NCBI GenBank assembly: GCA_040954595.2
Contig: CM082580.2
Location: 5,694,783-5,758,782, forward strand
DNA length: 64,000 nt
DNA from: Balanoglossus misakiensis
Lineage: Eukaryota; Animalia; Hemichordata
Direction: 5' to 3'
A program made the position numbers and the translations under genes. Shown piece after piece: positions 1-11,206 of the stretch. The notes beneath the pieces are model-generated. The model searched no databases, was not told where the DNA came from, and worked only from the letters and a program-made list of their open reading frames with translations. Numbering within the stretch: the first letter of the stretch is position 1; each line of letters starts with the position of its first letter.

Positions 1-134
1 GAGGCGTTGAAAGAAGCGGTGAAGTAAATTCTGCTGGAGTTGTAGACTTTCCATGGTGTGAACTGCTCCCCCGACACCGACATAAACAGACTCACACCGA
101 CGCAGAAACAGAACGTGGCAAACATTTTACCCAT
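1..134 (-). CDS. 5' end of a fourth Toll-like receptor (TLR-A), truncated by the window edge
   Basis: Hand translation from the ATG at 134-132 gives MGKMFATFCFCVGVSLFMSVSGEQFTPWKVYNSSRIYFTASFNA. This is a signal peptide followed by TPWKVYNSSR, matching NPWKIYNQSH and TPWKVFNQSR in the two neighbouring minus-strand TLRs. Not in the ORF track. Confidence 0.85.
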   Translation of the reverse strand, partial: MGKMFATFCFCVGVSLFMSVSGEQFTPWKVYNSSRIYFTASFNA

Positions 135-191
135 TTTGTTGTGAGTGGGTGTTTATCCGAACGTGTTAACAGACGCACTGAAGTGGGAAGC

Positions 192-212
192 AGGAAGTGA
201 TTTACTTTTATA
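192..212 (-). promoter_or_regulatory. Candidate core promoter of TLR-A: TATA box plus ETS-like site
   Basis: cttttata at 205-212 reads TATAAAAG on the minus strand, ~70 bp upstream of the ATG. AGGAAGTG at 192-199. Confidence 0.45.
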
Positions 213-1891
213 GTGACACTAAGTATAGACCGTGTCAATGTCCAGAGTGCAAGGACCTGGTACTATTGATTTTTCTCCCCTATTTCCTTATCGACCTGTA
301 CTGCACCCCTGAAAACACAGCACAGGTTTGGTATGCACACGACTAGAAGCACATGTATAGGTTAAAAAGATTAGTGTAACTGTATATCTCAGCATAAAAA
401 GGTAAATAAAAAGATGGTCAAATGGGATGACCTATGTACTGTAATCTAATGTTGATGAAGAATATTTATTGAACAAACCCTGACAAGTCTCCTCAGCAAT
501 TAATCTACAAACAAGCTGCCATCAGTTTCTTAGCTTGAACTTTGATAACTGTACAATAATCTAGGCGAAAATCAGTAATGATTTGCTGGTAAAACACCAA
601 GAAGGTGAATCCTCACCTAGGCTGCACAGGAGTTGGCACTTAGAACGTTTTACTCCTGTCAAGAACTTCATGCTATATTTTCAGATTTTGCTGGATCTAG
701 GTCAGCCAGCGTACACAGGTCATGTGCACTGTTCACAATTAGATTTTTACCAATGCCAAAATTTCAGTAAACATGTACACACTGCGCCCTCTAACAGGAA
801 AACTGTTTTTTTAAAGCAACTGAGTAAAGAGAATTTCTTTGCATCAGTCAGGTGTAATATGGATAATCTTCTTGCCGCCACCAGAGAGTTTGTGTCAATG
901 GGGCAACATATATTACAAGGGTACACTGGGGGTGGGCGTGTAGACCCAACAAGAGCTACACAGGTACATGTGTAGGTGCTGCTTGACTGGGCATACTTTT
1001 CATGCCAGAATTATCTACAAGTGGGTAGCAATTTTCAGTCCCTGGTTTAGAAGTGGGCCATATTTTCCTTTCTTCACGTGAAATCGTAAAAACAAGTCAA
1101 TAAATTGTACATTTGTACAAGTTAACGATCAACACAAGACGCTATCCTGCAGGTTGAAAATTGTGTACTCTGATTTGAGAGTCAAATATGTTCCTAAAAT
1201 TATTATCACAATCCCCATCTTCTGTATAAATTTAAACGTCTTCCCCTTTCTTCAGAGAAAGTAGACACTATTCGTAAACTCAGCAGATACATATTCTATA
1301 CAACTGAACAAAACTTAGATATGAATCTGTGCAGTCATAACTCATTACGTCTATTTATTTCTGTCTCCTAGGTATTTATTTCAATAATTAAGTTTGCCTC
1401 ATAAGTCTGTGTTCCATGTCCCATATTCAGTGACACACTGCAACACCACACCACCAATAAAACACCTGTTAACATTCTTGTGACTCTGATAACCTAAAGG
1501 TCATAAATAGCACCATTTCCTTCTTTTCTGGCTTTGTGAACACAAACAATGACTAGGATTAGATGTAAAATTCTAGATTATCAATCACACTAAACTCACC
1601 TCCAATGCATACAACAATTTACATGTACGTGCATCCAAGCTCCACTATAATATAAGTCAACCACGGATTAAGCCTTAAACTGGAAACAACTGAGGTCATT
1701 TCTAAGGTCAATGTGACCTTTTTCAACTGTACACATGTAATGACATTTGTATTATCTTTGTAAATTTAATTTGTACAATGACGTAATTGTCACATGACTA
1801 CATGAATGGGTCACACACTTGCATCTGTGTTCAGCACAAAAATAACTGGCTAGGGTATTTTGTTAAGGGCGGGGTACCTGATACATGTTAC

Positions 1892-1991
1892 GGGGATTTC
1901 CCTTGAGTCATCTGACCCAGGTTCACCTTGGTGTAAAATCGACGCAGTCATATCATTATCAACGGGCAGCAGAACTTTTAGTGGGGTTTCC
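1892..1991. promoter_or_regulatory. Candidate immune enhancer (NF-kB plus AP-1)
   Basis: GGGGATTTCCC at 1892-1902 is immediately followed by TGAGTCA at 1904-1910. A second GGGGTTTCC lies at 1983-1991. Motif match only. Confidence 0.5.
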
Positions 1992-2442
1992 AATCTATTA
2001 TGATCCTCACCCTTAGACCTCTTGTCTGTGCAAAGACTGGTTTATTAGGAAACGAAGGTTCAGCTGTACATAACATACGCCTCTTTCATTTAACATATTT
2101 CATTACCAAGCATTCATTTCATGTGAAACAGTACATAATTAATTCTCTCAATATGGTGTAAATTTCACAAAATAAAAGACGTGAAACGAATTTTCCATAG
2201 ATGGGCACTGAGAAAAACACATACAAACTCACTGAAATATCTCATGTATGATCATCATTAAATCAATGTTGCTAGAATTGATGATTAAATGCTTCTTATG
2301 ATAATATTACACTGTAAAGCGATGTGGCATGCCGACATGATAGTATCTTATGTACTCCTTCGGAATGACGAAGAGTTGAATCAACATTTCTCTATTAAAA
2401 CAAAACATACATGTAGGGGTCTTTTTAGCAGTCGGTGCTGAC

Positions 2443-5352
2443 TCACTCTTTACGTATGCGGTCAACTTTTGTGGGAACTTTAAGAGCATCTTCTAATTTT
2501 GCCCAAAACAACCGCCTCGCCGCACGGCGTTCCTCTTTCGGCCACTCGATGTAAGTCTTTTTGGTGAAAAGTCTCCTCAGCCTCCGCGGAAGGTCTTTAT
2601 CGGCGATCGGTTCGAGCAAAACGAGAATAACCACATCCCTGCCCTCATCAAACAACTGATTCAGAGCTATCTGCATTTCGAAGTAACACCACTCGCTCTT
2701 CACAAAGTTTGGCGTCAACACCAGTATGGTCTTTCGGCTGTTCTGAATGCTATCTACGATGTTCTCGATGATGGGTTTCCCGGGGATGAAATTGTTGAAG
2801 TCGACGCAAATTTTAAATCTGGGGTGCCCGTCGGTCTCCGCTTCACCACCGGTCTCCAAATGATGGAGTAACACGTCGGACACCCATTCTTCATCCTCGC
2901 TGTTGTACGACACAAAGGCGTCAAACGGCTTCTGTTTCTCCTCCAGATCGACCAGTTCGTGGTAACCCTTCATTTTAATCTTGCAGAGGAAATAGGCGTA
3001 CCTGATGTACCACCGGTTGTAGAGACAGAGACCGGCGACAATCGCTACGACGACCGCCGCGCACGCGAGGCTCACCGACAGGTACACGTGCAGGAGGGAC
3101 TCGCAATCCAACAACCAGGGATTGAAGTCTTTCACGTAATTGTCCCGCCGCCGGCTGTGGTACGAACACTGGTAGTCGTTGAATTCCACCACGTTCACCA
3201 CTCTGTCTCTCTGGGCCCACTTTCGAAACCAGCCCAGCTGACAGTCGCAGTTGAAGGCTATCCGCCGCAGATCCAGGAGCCGCAACGCCGGCAGCGACCC
3301 GGCGTCCAGGAAGGACTCGGGAATGGACGTGATTCCGTTCCTGGCCAACAGCAAGGTGTGGAGATTGGGCAAGTGCCACAGACTCCCGTTGACGGTGGTT
3401 ATCTTGTTGCCGCTCATGTCCAGGTACCGCAGCTGCGTCATGTTCCTGAACCTCGACATGTCCAGGTAAGTCAACTCGTTGTCGTGAAGCCGGAGTTGCC
3501 TGATGGTTGGAAAACTGTCCAAGACCACATGGGACAAAAAAGAGATGTGGGTGTGCGCCAGAACTAGAATTGCCATGTTGGGGAAGTATAGACTCATCTC
3601 TTGCCAATTTGAATTGAATGTATTATCCCAGAAATCTTCAGCCTTCGTTGATTTGCCATTCATGAGGACAAGAACTCTGATGGACAGTGCACCCTTCAGG
3701 ATTTTTAGGTCAAACCTCTGACCACAGAGATTCAGATATTCCAATTTTTTAAGTTTTGAAAACGTATAGGGGACACCAGCAGCAGACGGGTTCAAGAGAT
3801 TATAGGCCAAATCCAGCGATTTTAAGGATTTCAGTTGCTGCAGACAACGTAAGTCAAATTTATGTAACAAATTATTTCTCAGTTTCAAGTCCTTTAAATG
3901 CGGAATGTGGCAAAGGCTGACTGATATAAAAGTGTCCGTCAGTCTGAGATCCATTGATACCAACACCAACTCTCTCAGAGTTGAAATGTTGAATATCGAT
4001 CCTAAGATCCCCACTCCTGCATGTGATCTGTCAGTCAAGTATCTGTTTCCTGAAATATTCAGAACCCTTAAACTATAATCTTGGTTTGAAAACACCTTCA
4101 GTGCTTCCATTGACGGTATCTCGAGATTGTTATCTGACAAATCTAAAACTTCTAATTTCCGCAAACCCCAAAAGGAATCCTTGTGGAACTGGTGGATTGC
4201 GTTCGAACTGAGATTCAACACTCTCAATTCGCCCAGATGACTGAAAGTTTTGGCTTCCACCGATATCTGAGTCAGTTTATTCTTTGATAGGTTTAATTCA
4301 ACCAACTTTTCCGGCAACAGAGCGGTGCTGACAATGGCATTCGGTGCTGCGTCTGAAACGGTGACTCCTGAACAGGACAGTGATTTCAAAAAGGGCGAAA
4401 AGAGGTTCACCAGTGTCTGTGTCACCTTCACACGGCTTTCATCGACGATCAGCGATTTTGTTCTCAAGTTATCAAAAGCACCATTGACAAGTTCAATTTC
4501 AGTCTCGCCATATTCAAATATACTTGCTGCATAAACTGGCCGCAAAATCACTCGCTGTAGACTGGTAAGATTCTTGACGGGTTCTTTGAATTCATACGAC
4601 GAGAAGTTGCCACCCAGTGTCAGGATCCGGAGACGGGTCAAAGGTGACAGCGCATCTGAAGGAATCGCGAGCAGTCGTGTGGGAAACATGTCGAGTACCT
4701 TCAACCTCGTCAGCTTTCTGAACGTGTCTGGATGTAGCTGGCTGATGAAAGTGTACGAAAGATCCAACGACTCCAACTTGTCCAGGTACTCGAAGGCATC
4801 AGAATCTACAGTTCGGATGGGGTTTCTTATGAGACACAAAGCGCGTAAATTCCGCACGTGTTCAAAGAAGTCTCTGTAGAGTGTGTCGATGCCGATTATC
4901 ATCAACTTCAGGCGCGCCAAACTGTCCAACCCACGGAAGACACTGGCTGTAAGGTGTGGGTACGGGTAATCTTCATCTTCATAGGCTTTCACATGGCGGC
5001 TTTTGCAACTCAGACTCAGAGCCTCCAGTTTAACTAAATTCGAGAAAGATCCATTTTCAATCTCCAACAGTGGATTCTGCACAACCTCTAGCGTCTCCAG
5101 ATTCCTCAGGTTAGAGAAGGTCGAAGCAGAAATGTGTTTTATGTTATTGTTCGACAGTCGAAGGCGTGTCACATATTCAGGCAAGCTTGCCGGGATGCTC
5201 TCATCCACGCTGTCGCTGTCAGATATCTCCACATGGCTCTGGTTGTATATTTTCCATGGATTGACAACAGGTGAGTAGTGCAAGCTGCTTCCAAAGGCAC
5301 CTGTCACAATTATTAGGAGGCCCACAAGGCCTGTATAACTGCTGCCTGCCAT
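2443..5352 (-). CDS. Toll-like receptor (TLR-B), 969 aa, intronless CDS, single-cysteine-cluster type
   Basis: Signal peptide, many LxxLxLxxN repeats, LRRCT (FNCDCQLGWF...YQC...DC), TM helix (VYLSVSLACAAVVVAIVAGLCLY), and a TIR domain (FDAFVSYNS, NFIPGK, SRKTILVL, SEWCYFEM, LFWAKL). Confidence 0.97.
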   Translation of the reverse strand: MAGSSYTGLVGLLIIVTGAFGSSLHYSPVVNPWKIYNQSHVEISDSDSVDESIPASLPEYVTRLRLSNNNIKHISASTFSNLRNLETLEVVQNPLLEIENGSFSNLVKLEALSLSCKSRHVKAYEDEDYPYPHLTASVFRGLDSLARLKLMIIGIDTLYRDFFEHVRNLRALCLIRNPIRTVDSDAFEYLDKLESLDLSYTFISQLHPDTFRKLTRLKVLDMFPTRLLAIPSDALSPLTRLRILTLGGNFSSYEFKEPVKNLTSLQRVILRPVYAASIFEYGETEIELVNGAFDNLRTKSLIVDESRVKVTQTLVNLFSPFLKSLSCSGVTVSDAAPNAIVSTALLPEKLVELNLSKNKLTQISVEAKTFSHLGELRVLNLSSNAIHQFHKDSFWGLRKLEVLDLSDNNLEIPSMEALKVFSNQDYSLRVLNISGNRYLTDRSHAGVGILGSIFNISTLRELVLVSMDLRLTDTFISVSLCHIPHLKDLKLRNNLLHKFDLRCLQQLKSLKSLDLAYNLLNPSAAGVPYTFSKLKKLEYLNLCGQRFDLKILKGALSIRVLVLMNGKSTKAEDFWDNTFNSNWQEMSLYFPNMAILVLAHTHISFLSHVVLDSFPTIRQLRLHDNELTYLDMSRFRNMTQLRYLDMSGNKITTVNGSLWHLPNLHTLLLARNGITSIPESFLDAGSLPALRLLDLRRIAFNCDCQLGWFRKWAQRDRVVNVVEFNDYQCSYHSRRRDNYVKDFNPWLLDCESLLHVYLSVSLACAAVVVAIVAGLCLYNRWYIRYAYFLCKIKMKGYHELVDLEEKQKPFDAFVSYNSEDEEWVSDVLLHHLETGGEAETDGHPRFKICVDFNNFIPGKPIIENIVDSIQNSRKTILVLTPNFVKSEWCYFEMQIALNQLFDEGRDVVILVLLEPIADKDLPRRLRRLFTKKTYIEWPKEERRAARRLFWAKLEDALKVPTKVDRIRKE

Positions 5353-5427
5353 GTTGAAAACTAAACACTGTACACACTATATGTAAAATCATAGAGAACT
5401 GATATGTTGTCTTAATTTTTAGGGAGA

Positions 5428-5573
5428 GAAACTTCCCCTTTAGGCTTTACTATTCAAAGGAGAAGTGAAACCAGTCTGTCACGTGATAGTTTAGTCTAAT
5501 GCAATTAATGAAAGCAACAAAGCCTTTACTTGGAACACCACTATACCAACACAAAGATTTAGGGGAAACTGCC
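5428..5573. promoter_or_regulatory. TLR-B proximal promoter with kB-like, IRF/ETS-like and E-box motifs
   Basis: GAAACTTCCCC 5428-5438, GAAGTGAAACC 5462-5472, CACGTG 5480-5485 and GGGGAAACTGCC 5562-5573, all within ~220 bp of the ATG. Confidence 0.45.
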
Positions 5574-6562
5574 AATAATGTCGTGAAAACGAAGTTTTAA
5601 GAGTTTAATTAGGAAATAAATAATGTAAAACATTTTTATAATGGGGTGTGTACTTTTCCAAGATATGTTCAATAAAATGTGTGTGGACTGAATCGTCTGA
5701 GACTACATGACATTTAAGTCCAATGTATCATTTCACCAACATTTTGAGTAAATCTTATTGTGGTTATTCTTAATTCTGTACACCACCAACAACCAATAAT
5801 TCACCTGAGTCCAATTAAATCCATTCACCACTAAATGCGGCAACCTTGTGCTCAAAACCAGTCACAAATCTGAATGACTCTAACAGCCCACCAGCCATGT
5901 AGTTAAACTGTTGTTGACAGAAAACAATGAGAGATGTTGTAGTTAGCACAAACAAGAGCACAAGTCTCCCATGTTGACCATGGTAGAACAACACTTTCTA
6001 GTTGAGGGTGATGTAAACTTTATTACTTTCTTAATTTTAAAGCTACTTAGTATAATTGAAAAAAAAAATCATAAACCGGAAAAATAAAATGTGTTAAAGA
6101 TTATTCAGCTAGTGCCAACATCATGCTTTTAAATACTAATTCACAAAATGTAATGAACAGATTTTATTTCAATATGAAATTACTTAATTTGTTTATCAAG
6201 AACATTTTAGGTAGATAATAAAATGCTTAATAATAAAAACAATATCCGACATGGATCATAAATACACATTTAGTTATGGACCTTGAACTTGAGAATGCTA
6301 AACTATCAACATTTTCAGTATGATATGTTTTAAAATTTCCAAAAATTCTACAATCTAAAGTAATAAATATATTATAGTAATAATAAACCCCAAAATAAAT
6401 AATTTATAAAAAATAAACTATTAAAAATAAGCTGTCATTTCCAATTGCCTTTGTCAATTTCAGAGAGTCTGACGATAATTTGAAAGGATTGACAGTGATC
6501 ATTAGACCATCAAATGTGAGATGACAAAGATTTCAAAGTGGGAAGGCCACTTTAAATTGATC

Positions 6563-9427
6563 TCAAACTTTATGTATGCGATCAACTTTACTAGGGACTC
6601 TTAGGGCGTCCTCTAATTTGGCCCAGAATAGCTGCCTAGCCAAAGAGCAATCTTCCTTTGGCCATTCCAGGTAAGTTTTCTTAGTGAGAAGTTTTCTCAG
6701 CATTCGCGGAAGGTCTTTATCTGGGACTGGTTCAAGCAATACAAGGATGACCACATCCCGACCCTCATCGAACAGTCGATGCAGGGCCATTTCCATTTCA
6801 AAATAACACCACTCGCTCTTCACAAAGTTGGGCGTCAACACCAGTATGGTCTTTCGGCTGTTCTGAATGCTATCTATGATGTTGTCAATGATAGTCTTCC
6901 CGGGGACGAAATTCTTGAAGTCGACACAAACCTTAAATTTCGGCGAACCACGGGGCTCTAGCTGGCGAAGTAACTGCTTCAACACCCAGTCTCTGTCTGC
7001 GCTGTTGTAGGATATAAACGTGTCAAAACTTTTCTGTATTTCGTCCAGATCGACTAATTCATGGTATCCCCTCACTTTTATTCTCAGCAAGAAGCAGGCA
7101 TACTTGATGTACCAGCGATGGTACACACACAGACCGGATATGACGGCAAGCAGGACAATAGGGAGAGTGAGGCCTATGGATAAATATACATAGAGAAGGG
7201 ATTCACACTTCAACTGCCAGGGATTGAAGTCTCTCACAGCGATTCCCTTCAAGTCGCCAGAGCTGGCATATGAACATTGATAGTGGTTGAAACCGATGAT
7301 ATCCACAAACTGATCCCACTGGGCCCACTTTCTGAATAAACTTAGTTGACAGTCACAGTTCAGGGTGTTCCTGGACAGATCAAGCACTTGCAAGGAAGGC
7401 AGCATTTTCTTCTGAAGGTAGGACTCTGGAATGGACGTCAGGCCATTGCTGGATAGTATGAGCGTTTCCAGATTCGCCATGTGCCCAGAACTGCCGGTAA
7501 TTGTGACGATGCTGTTACTGCTCAAGTCCAAGTAAGTCAGTTTCGTTAAGCCACCGAACAGGGCCACATCAAAGACGGTCAGTTTGTTGCTGCTGAGCAC
7601 TAGCCTGGTGATGTTAGGGATGCTATCAAACACATGTTGCGTCAGATGCGTTATGTCGGTGTGGGTGAGCACAAAGGTGGACATATCGAAGAATCTCAAT
7701 TGTGAGTTTTGCCAGTCGGAGTTGAAACTGTCGTCCCATTTCTCAGAGGCCGGGTCGTTCACCAAGATCAACACCTTCAAAGACACGGCATGTTTCAGTA
7801 CAGACAAATCAAAGCTATTCCCAGACAGATCTAGATACTCGAGTTTTGATAGCGCTGGCAAGGAACGGCTCTGTTCCCAGTTTCCGGGGTTGTGAGAGGC
7901 ATCCCAGAATGGGATAGAAGCCAATCTCTGCAAGCAGGCAGGGGCGAGTTTAGCCATTGCGTTACCCTTCAAGCTCAACTTCTCCATGTTGGGGTTGTTG
8001 CAAAGATTTTCAGTGATCAGTGAATCCTGGTACGACTTGAAGTTTATGAATTCCACGACCAGTTCTTTGAGACTGGGAATTTGAAACCTTTTGCCAACTT
8101 CTGAGTCTGGTGACATCCGACTGATGTCTTCGGATAGAAAGGTACTGGCTGAGATATTGAGTACTTGAAGTCTGTAACCGTTTATGCGGAATATTTCCAG
8201 AGACTGTAGAGGTTCTCTCGTCAGCCGGCACCCAGCTAAATCCAAAACCTCCAGCTTATACAATCCCCTGAATGCGTTTTTCTCGATGGTGTGAATTGTA
8301 TTGTGGCTCAGGTCAAGCACTCTCAGTTGTGAGAGTTTCCAGAACGCTTCATTGGGAATCCCCTTCAGCACAATGTTGGACATTTTGAGCTTGGTCAATC
8401 CCTTCGGAAAGTAATTCACCAAAATCCACATGTCGGCAGTTGGTCCGTTATTCAGGATGGAAATCCCGGAGATTGACAGCGTTTGGGTGTCCGAAGAAAA
8501 CATTTTGGCTGCTCTCATCCAAATATTTCTCATTAGCTCGTCCACAACGAGTTCGTCCAATGTCAAGGATTTTGCATGCAGGTAAGTAAACGCGTACCGC
8601 TCAAGGGTGACGTTTTTGGTCTGACTTTCAAAATTGTCCTTCGTACAGGCAGCTTGGAAGAGCACGTCTTCCAGGCGAACCGACGTCTTGAAATACACAC
8701 GGGTGAAGCAACCGCCCAAATGAAGAGTCCGCAGGCTCTTTAAAGTTGAGAGCGCGTCCGATGGCACAACTCTGAGTCTACTTGGATGAATGTAAAGTTC
8801 CATCAAGTTCTGTAACTTCTCAAACGTACTCGCCGGCAGGTAGCTGACAAAGGTGAAATTCAAATTTAAAATCTGTAGCTTCTCCAAATGGTCGAATGCA
8901 TCGTCGGAGATTTCACTGATGGGATTGTAGCTGAGATTCAAAGATAGCAAATTTCTCACGTGCGTGAAGAGCTCCCTGTAGAGTTTCTTGATTCCCATCA
9001 TCGTCAATTCAAGGTATTTTAGGCTTTCTAAACCGCGAAACGCATCGGGTGGGATGTCTGTGTTGGTGGCATCTACTGGCAGGTCACTGACCTTACCCCT
9101 GGGTCTGCTCAGCCTCAGCTGCCGTAGTTTACCGAGGCAGGATAAGGAACCAGGCTCGATGTACAGTAGCGGGCCGTTTATCTCTAAAATCTCGAGCTGC
9201 TTCAGTGCGACGAAACTTCCGGCACTGATGTTGGCGACGTTGCTCTGAACCAGACTGAGATGTGTCAGGTGCTCCGGTAAGTTCTCCGGGAGCTGGCTCA
9301 CCTTGTAGTCAATCGTCAAACGGCTCTGGTTGAACACCTTCCACGGTGTGATTGTCGCGGGCTGTCGGAGCACGTCCGCCCACACGCGTGTCATGACCGC
9401 AACCAGCAAGAAAAGTCTGCCCACCAT
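6563..9427 (-). CDS. Toll-like receptor (TLR-C), ~954 aa, intronless CDS
   Basis: The ORF is open to 9532, but Met36 (9427, MVGRLFLLVAVMTRVWA) begins a signal peptide and is the likelier start. LRRs, LRRCT (LNCDCQLSLF...YQC...KC), TM helix, and TIR (FDTFISYNS, NFVPGK, SEWCYFEM, LFWAKL). Confidence 0.96.
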   Translation of the reverse strand: MVGRLFLLVAVMTRVWADVLRQPATITPWKVFNQSRLTIDYKVSQLPENLPEHLTHLSLVQSNVANISAGSFVALKQLEILEINGPLLYIEPGSLSCLGKLRQLRLSRPRGKVSDLPVDATNTDIPPDAFRGLESLKYLELTMMGIKKLYRELFTHVRNLLSLNLSYNPISEISDDAFDHLEKLQILNLNFTFVSYLPASTFEKLQNLMELYIHPSRLRVVPSDALSTLKSLRTLHLGGCFTRVYFKTSVRLEDVLFQAACTKDNFESQTKNVTLERYAFTYLHAKSLTLDELVVDELMRNIWMRAAKMFSSDTQTLSISGISILNNGPTADMWILVNYFPKGLTKLKMSNIVLKGIPNEAFWKLSQLRVLDLSHNTIHTIEKNAFRGLYKLEVLDLAGCRLTREPLQSLEIFRINGYRLQVLNISASTFLSEDISRMSPDSEVGKRFQIPSLKELVVEFINFKSYQDSLITENLCNNPNMEKLSLKGNAMAKLAPACLQRLASIPFWDASHNPGNWEQSRSLPALSKLEYLDLSGNSFDLSVLKHAVSLKVLILVNDPASEKWDDSFNSDWQNSQLRFFDMSTFVLTHTDITHLTQHVFDSIPNITRLVLSSNKLTVFDVALFGGLTKLTYLDLSSNSIVTITGSSGHMANLETLILSSNGLTSIPESYLQKKMLPSLQVLDLSRNTLNCDCQLSLFRKWAQWDQFVDIIGFNHYQCSYASSGDLKGIAVRDFNPWQLKCESLLYVYLSIGLTLPIVLLAVISGLCVYHRWYIKYACFLLRIKVRGYHELVDLDEIQKSFDTFISYNSADRDWVLKQLLRQLEPRGSPKFKVCVDFKNFVPGKTIIDNIIDSIQNSRKTILVLTPNFVKSEWCYFEMEMALHRLFDEGRDVVILVLLEPVPDKDLPRMLRKLLTKKTYLEWPKEDCSLARQLFWAKLEDALRVPSKVDRIHKV

Positions 9428-9544
9428 CTCTTTGGAACAGTGAGAACTAACAGTGATAGGTGAAATCACGGTGTGAAGCTTACAGTTAGCGTGGATTTTG
9501 TCTGCGTGATTGTAGTGACTGGTGTTTATCATGGAATGAAATTA

Positions 9545-10080
9545 GGAAGTGAAACAAAGGTGGATTGTTTCCGTAGCGAAGTTTATGAATCACGGAACTG
9601 TTTTTATGTTACCTGGGGTACTTTCCTCCTATGTCTTTCCCTGACATTCTAGTTGGGGTAATTCAGCCGTTTCAAAGGGTTTTACAAGATGAAGTCAATA
9701 ATTTCATTTGCTTCCGAGAGAACTTCCCCTGAATGTGTACTTTCTGTTTTTAAACAAGTTGTCTGCTAAGGATGCTAGAGCTGTATGTTACAATAGGTAA
9801 AACTCACATTCATTGAAATTTATTAAAATTGCTCTTTTCCGTCAAAATTTTCACATTGCCAACTGACTGTGGACTGAGCATGTTATATTCTCAGGGATTC
9901 ATCATCAATGAAGCACCACTGCACTGAAAATCACAACTCCATGACTGAAACTTCAGTTTCTGTCAGATGTGATGGAACATGTGCATTGAACACAGAACTC
10001 CATGACATCAGCCCATCATCAGTGCGGTTCAGAAGCTATTTTCACCCATGATGATGAGTACCCTGCCGAACTTTCACTTT
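9545..10080. promoter_or_regulatory. TLR-C upstream region with ETS-IRF composite, kB and IRF motifs
   Basis: GGAAGTGAAAC 9545-9555 (GGAAnnGAAA), GGGGTACTTTCC 9615-9626, GAACTTCCCC 9720-9729 and AACTTTCACTTT 10069-10080. Confidence 0.5.
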
Positions 10081-10712
10081 ACTACAGAACTGCTGCAGTA
10101 ACACCTTGTCAGTTGTGAATTAACTTGTGTAGGGCACGGACAGAGATCACAAAGCTCTGTCATAATCAGGACTAAACTTGTAAATGGTCTACACATTTAG
10201 TAAGACACTGAAAATATGACAAGGGTTGTTGTAAAGTGAGAAAAGGTTGGTATAATATACTCCTCCACCCACTTACCCTATTTACACCATTTGGGTAGCT
10301 GGACGTAAGATTAAACATTAACAATAAACGATGGATGTGTATACAGATTTGGTCACTATTAACTGTGTACAGTAGAGTGACCTAAATGACCTCTTTGTTA
10401 GTCGGCTGTACATGTATTGTTCATTGAAAACTAGGATTATCACACTTCTCACACTAAAATATGAATGATGATTTTTTTCTCTCAGAATCAGAATTTCTTG
10501 TCAAATGATTTTACCAAAACCAGGCTGTCCTTTCGATATAAAATCTCACAGATGATTTCCATTTCTTAAGTAAGTGCATCAAAGTGAAAATAAAACCATA
10601 TTGAAACTGCCTAGTTCTCTTTCCAGTACAGAGAAATTCAGGACTGTAGTAAAGGACTAGTACACTGTATAATGTCACTTAAAGGGATAAAGTTGTTACT
10701 TTTGACATTATT

Positions 10713-11115
10713 TTGGTTATTTTCTTTTTTTCTGAGGGGGGTTTTGTTGATTTTCTCACTGAAAAATGCTCAGTGACATGTTGTCATGTGTCATTTTAGT
10801 GAGCAGAATATTAAAAAGCCCACCAAAAGAAAGAAAATAACCCAACAACATTTTAGTGACTTTTGTTTCTTTCAAAAGAGCACCCGGTTTGTTATGATCA
10901 CATTACACTTTTGTTTTCCCTTCCACAGCATTACTCATACATATGTGGTACATTCTCTATGGTGAAAACAGTGGGGTCATGTTTATGAATTTCTTTTCAC
11001 AATAAGGCTTGCCGAACAAGCATATAGGACAATTCACCACAATTTGCGGTTGCATTCCAATACACTCAACCGTTCCACTCCACCCACTTTCATATTTCAT
11101 TCCGAAAACCATGTC
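10713..11115 (+). repeat. Dispersed ~400-bp repeat, copy 1 (probable transposon fragment)
   Basis: Aligns by eye along its whole length, with few mismatches and small indels, to the reverse complement of 26403-26790. Confidence 0.85.
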
Positions 11116-11196
11116 GGGGGACGAAAAACAATCACCAAGCTCTGCTATCTGACCACAGTGCTATAAATAGTCCACGAGTGGAGTGCTCAGTAGAAT

Positions 11197-11206
11197 GGAA
11201 ATCCCC
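11197..11206. promoter_or_regulatory. Canonical NF-kB site upstream of TLR-D
   Basis: GGAAATCCCC, reverse complement GGGGATTTCC, ~600 bp upstream of the TLR-D ATG. Confidence 0.45.

Noticed and set aside
583-975. 130-aa plus-strand ORF between TLR-A and TLR-B
   Set aside because: Non-ATG start, AT-rich, no motif. Consistent with chance.
2959-5278. Alternative-frame and antisense ORFs inside TLR-B, with similar ones in TLR-C and TLR-D
   Set aside because: They are shadows of long coding regions with biased codon use and have no recognisable domains.
9428-9532. 35-aa N-terminal extension of TLR-C
   Set aside because: Not signal-like, and its ATG abuts the promoter motif at 9545. Met36 gives a normal signal peptide.
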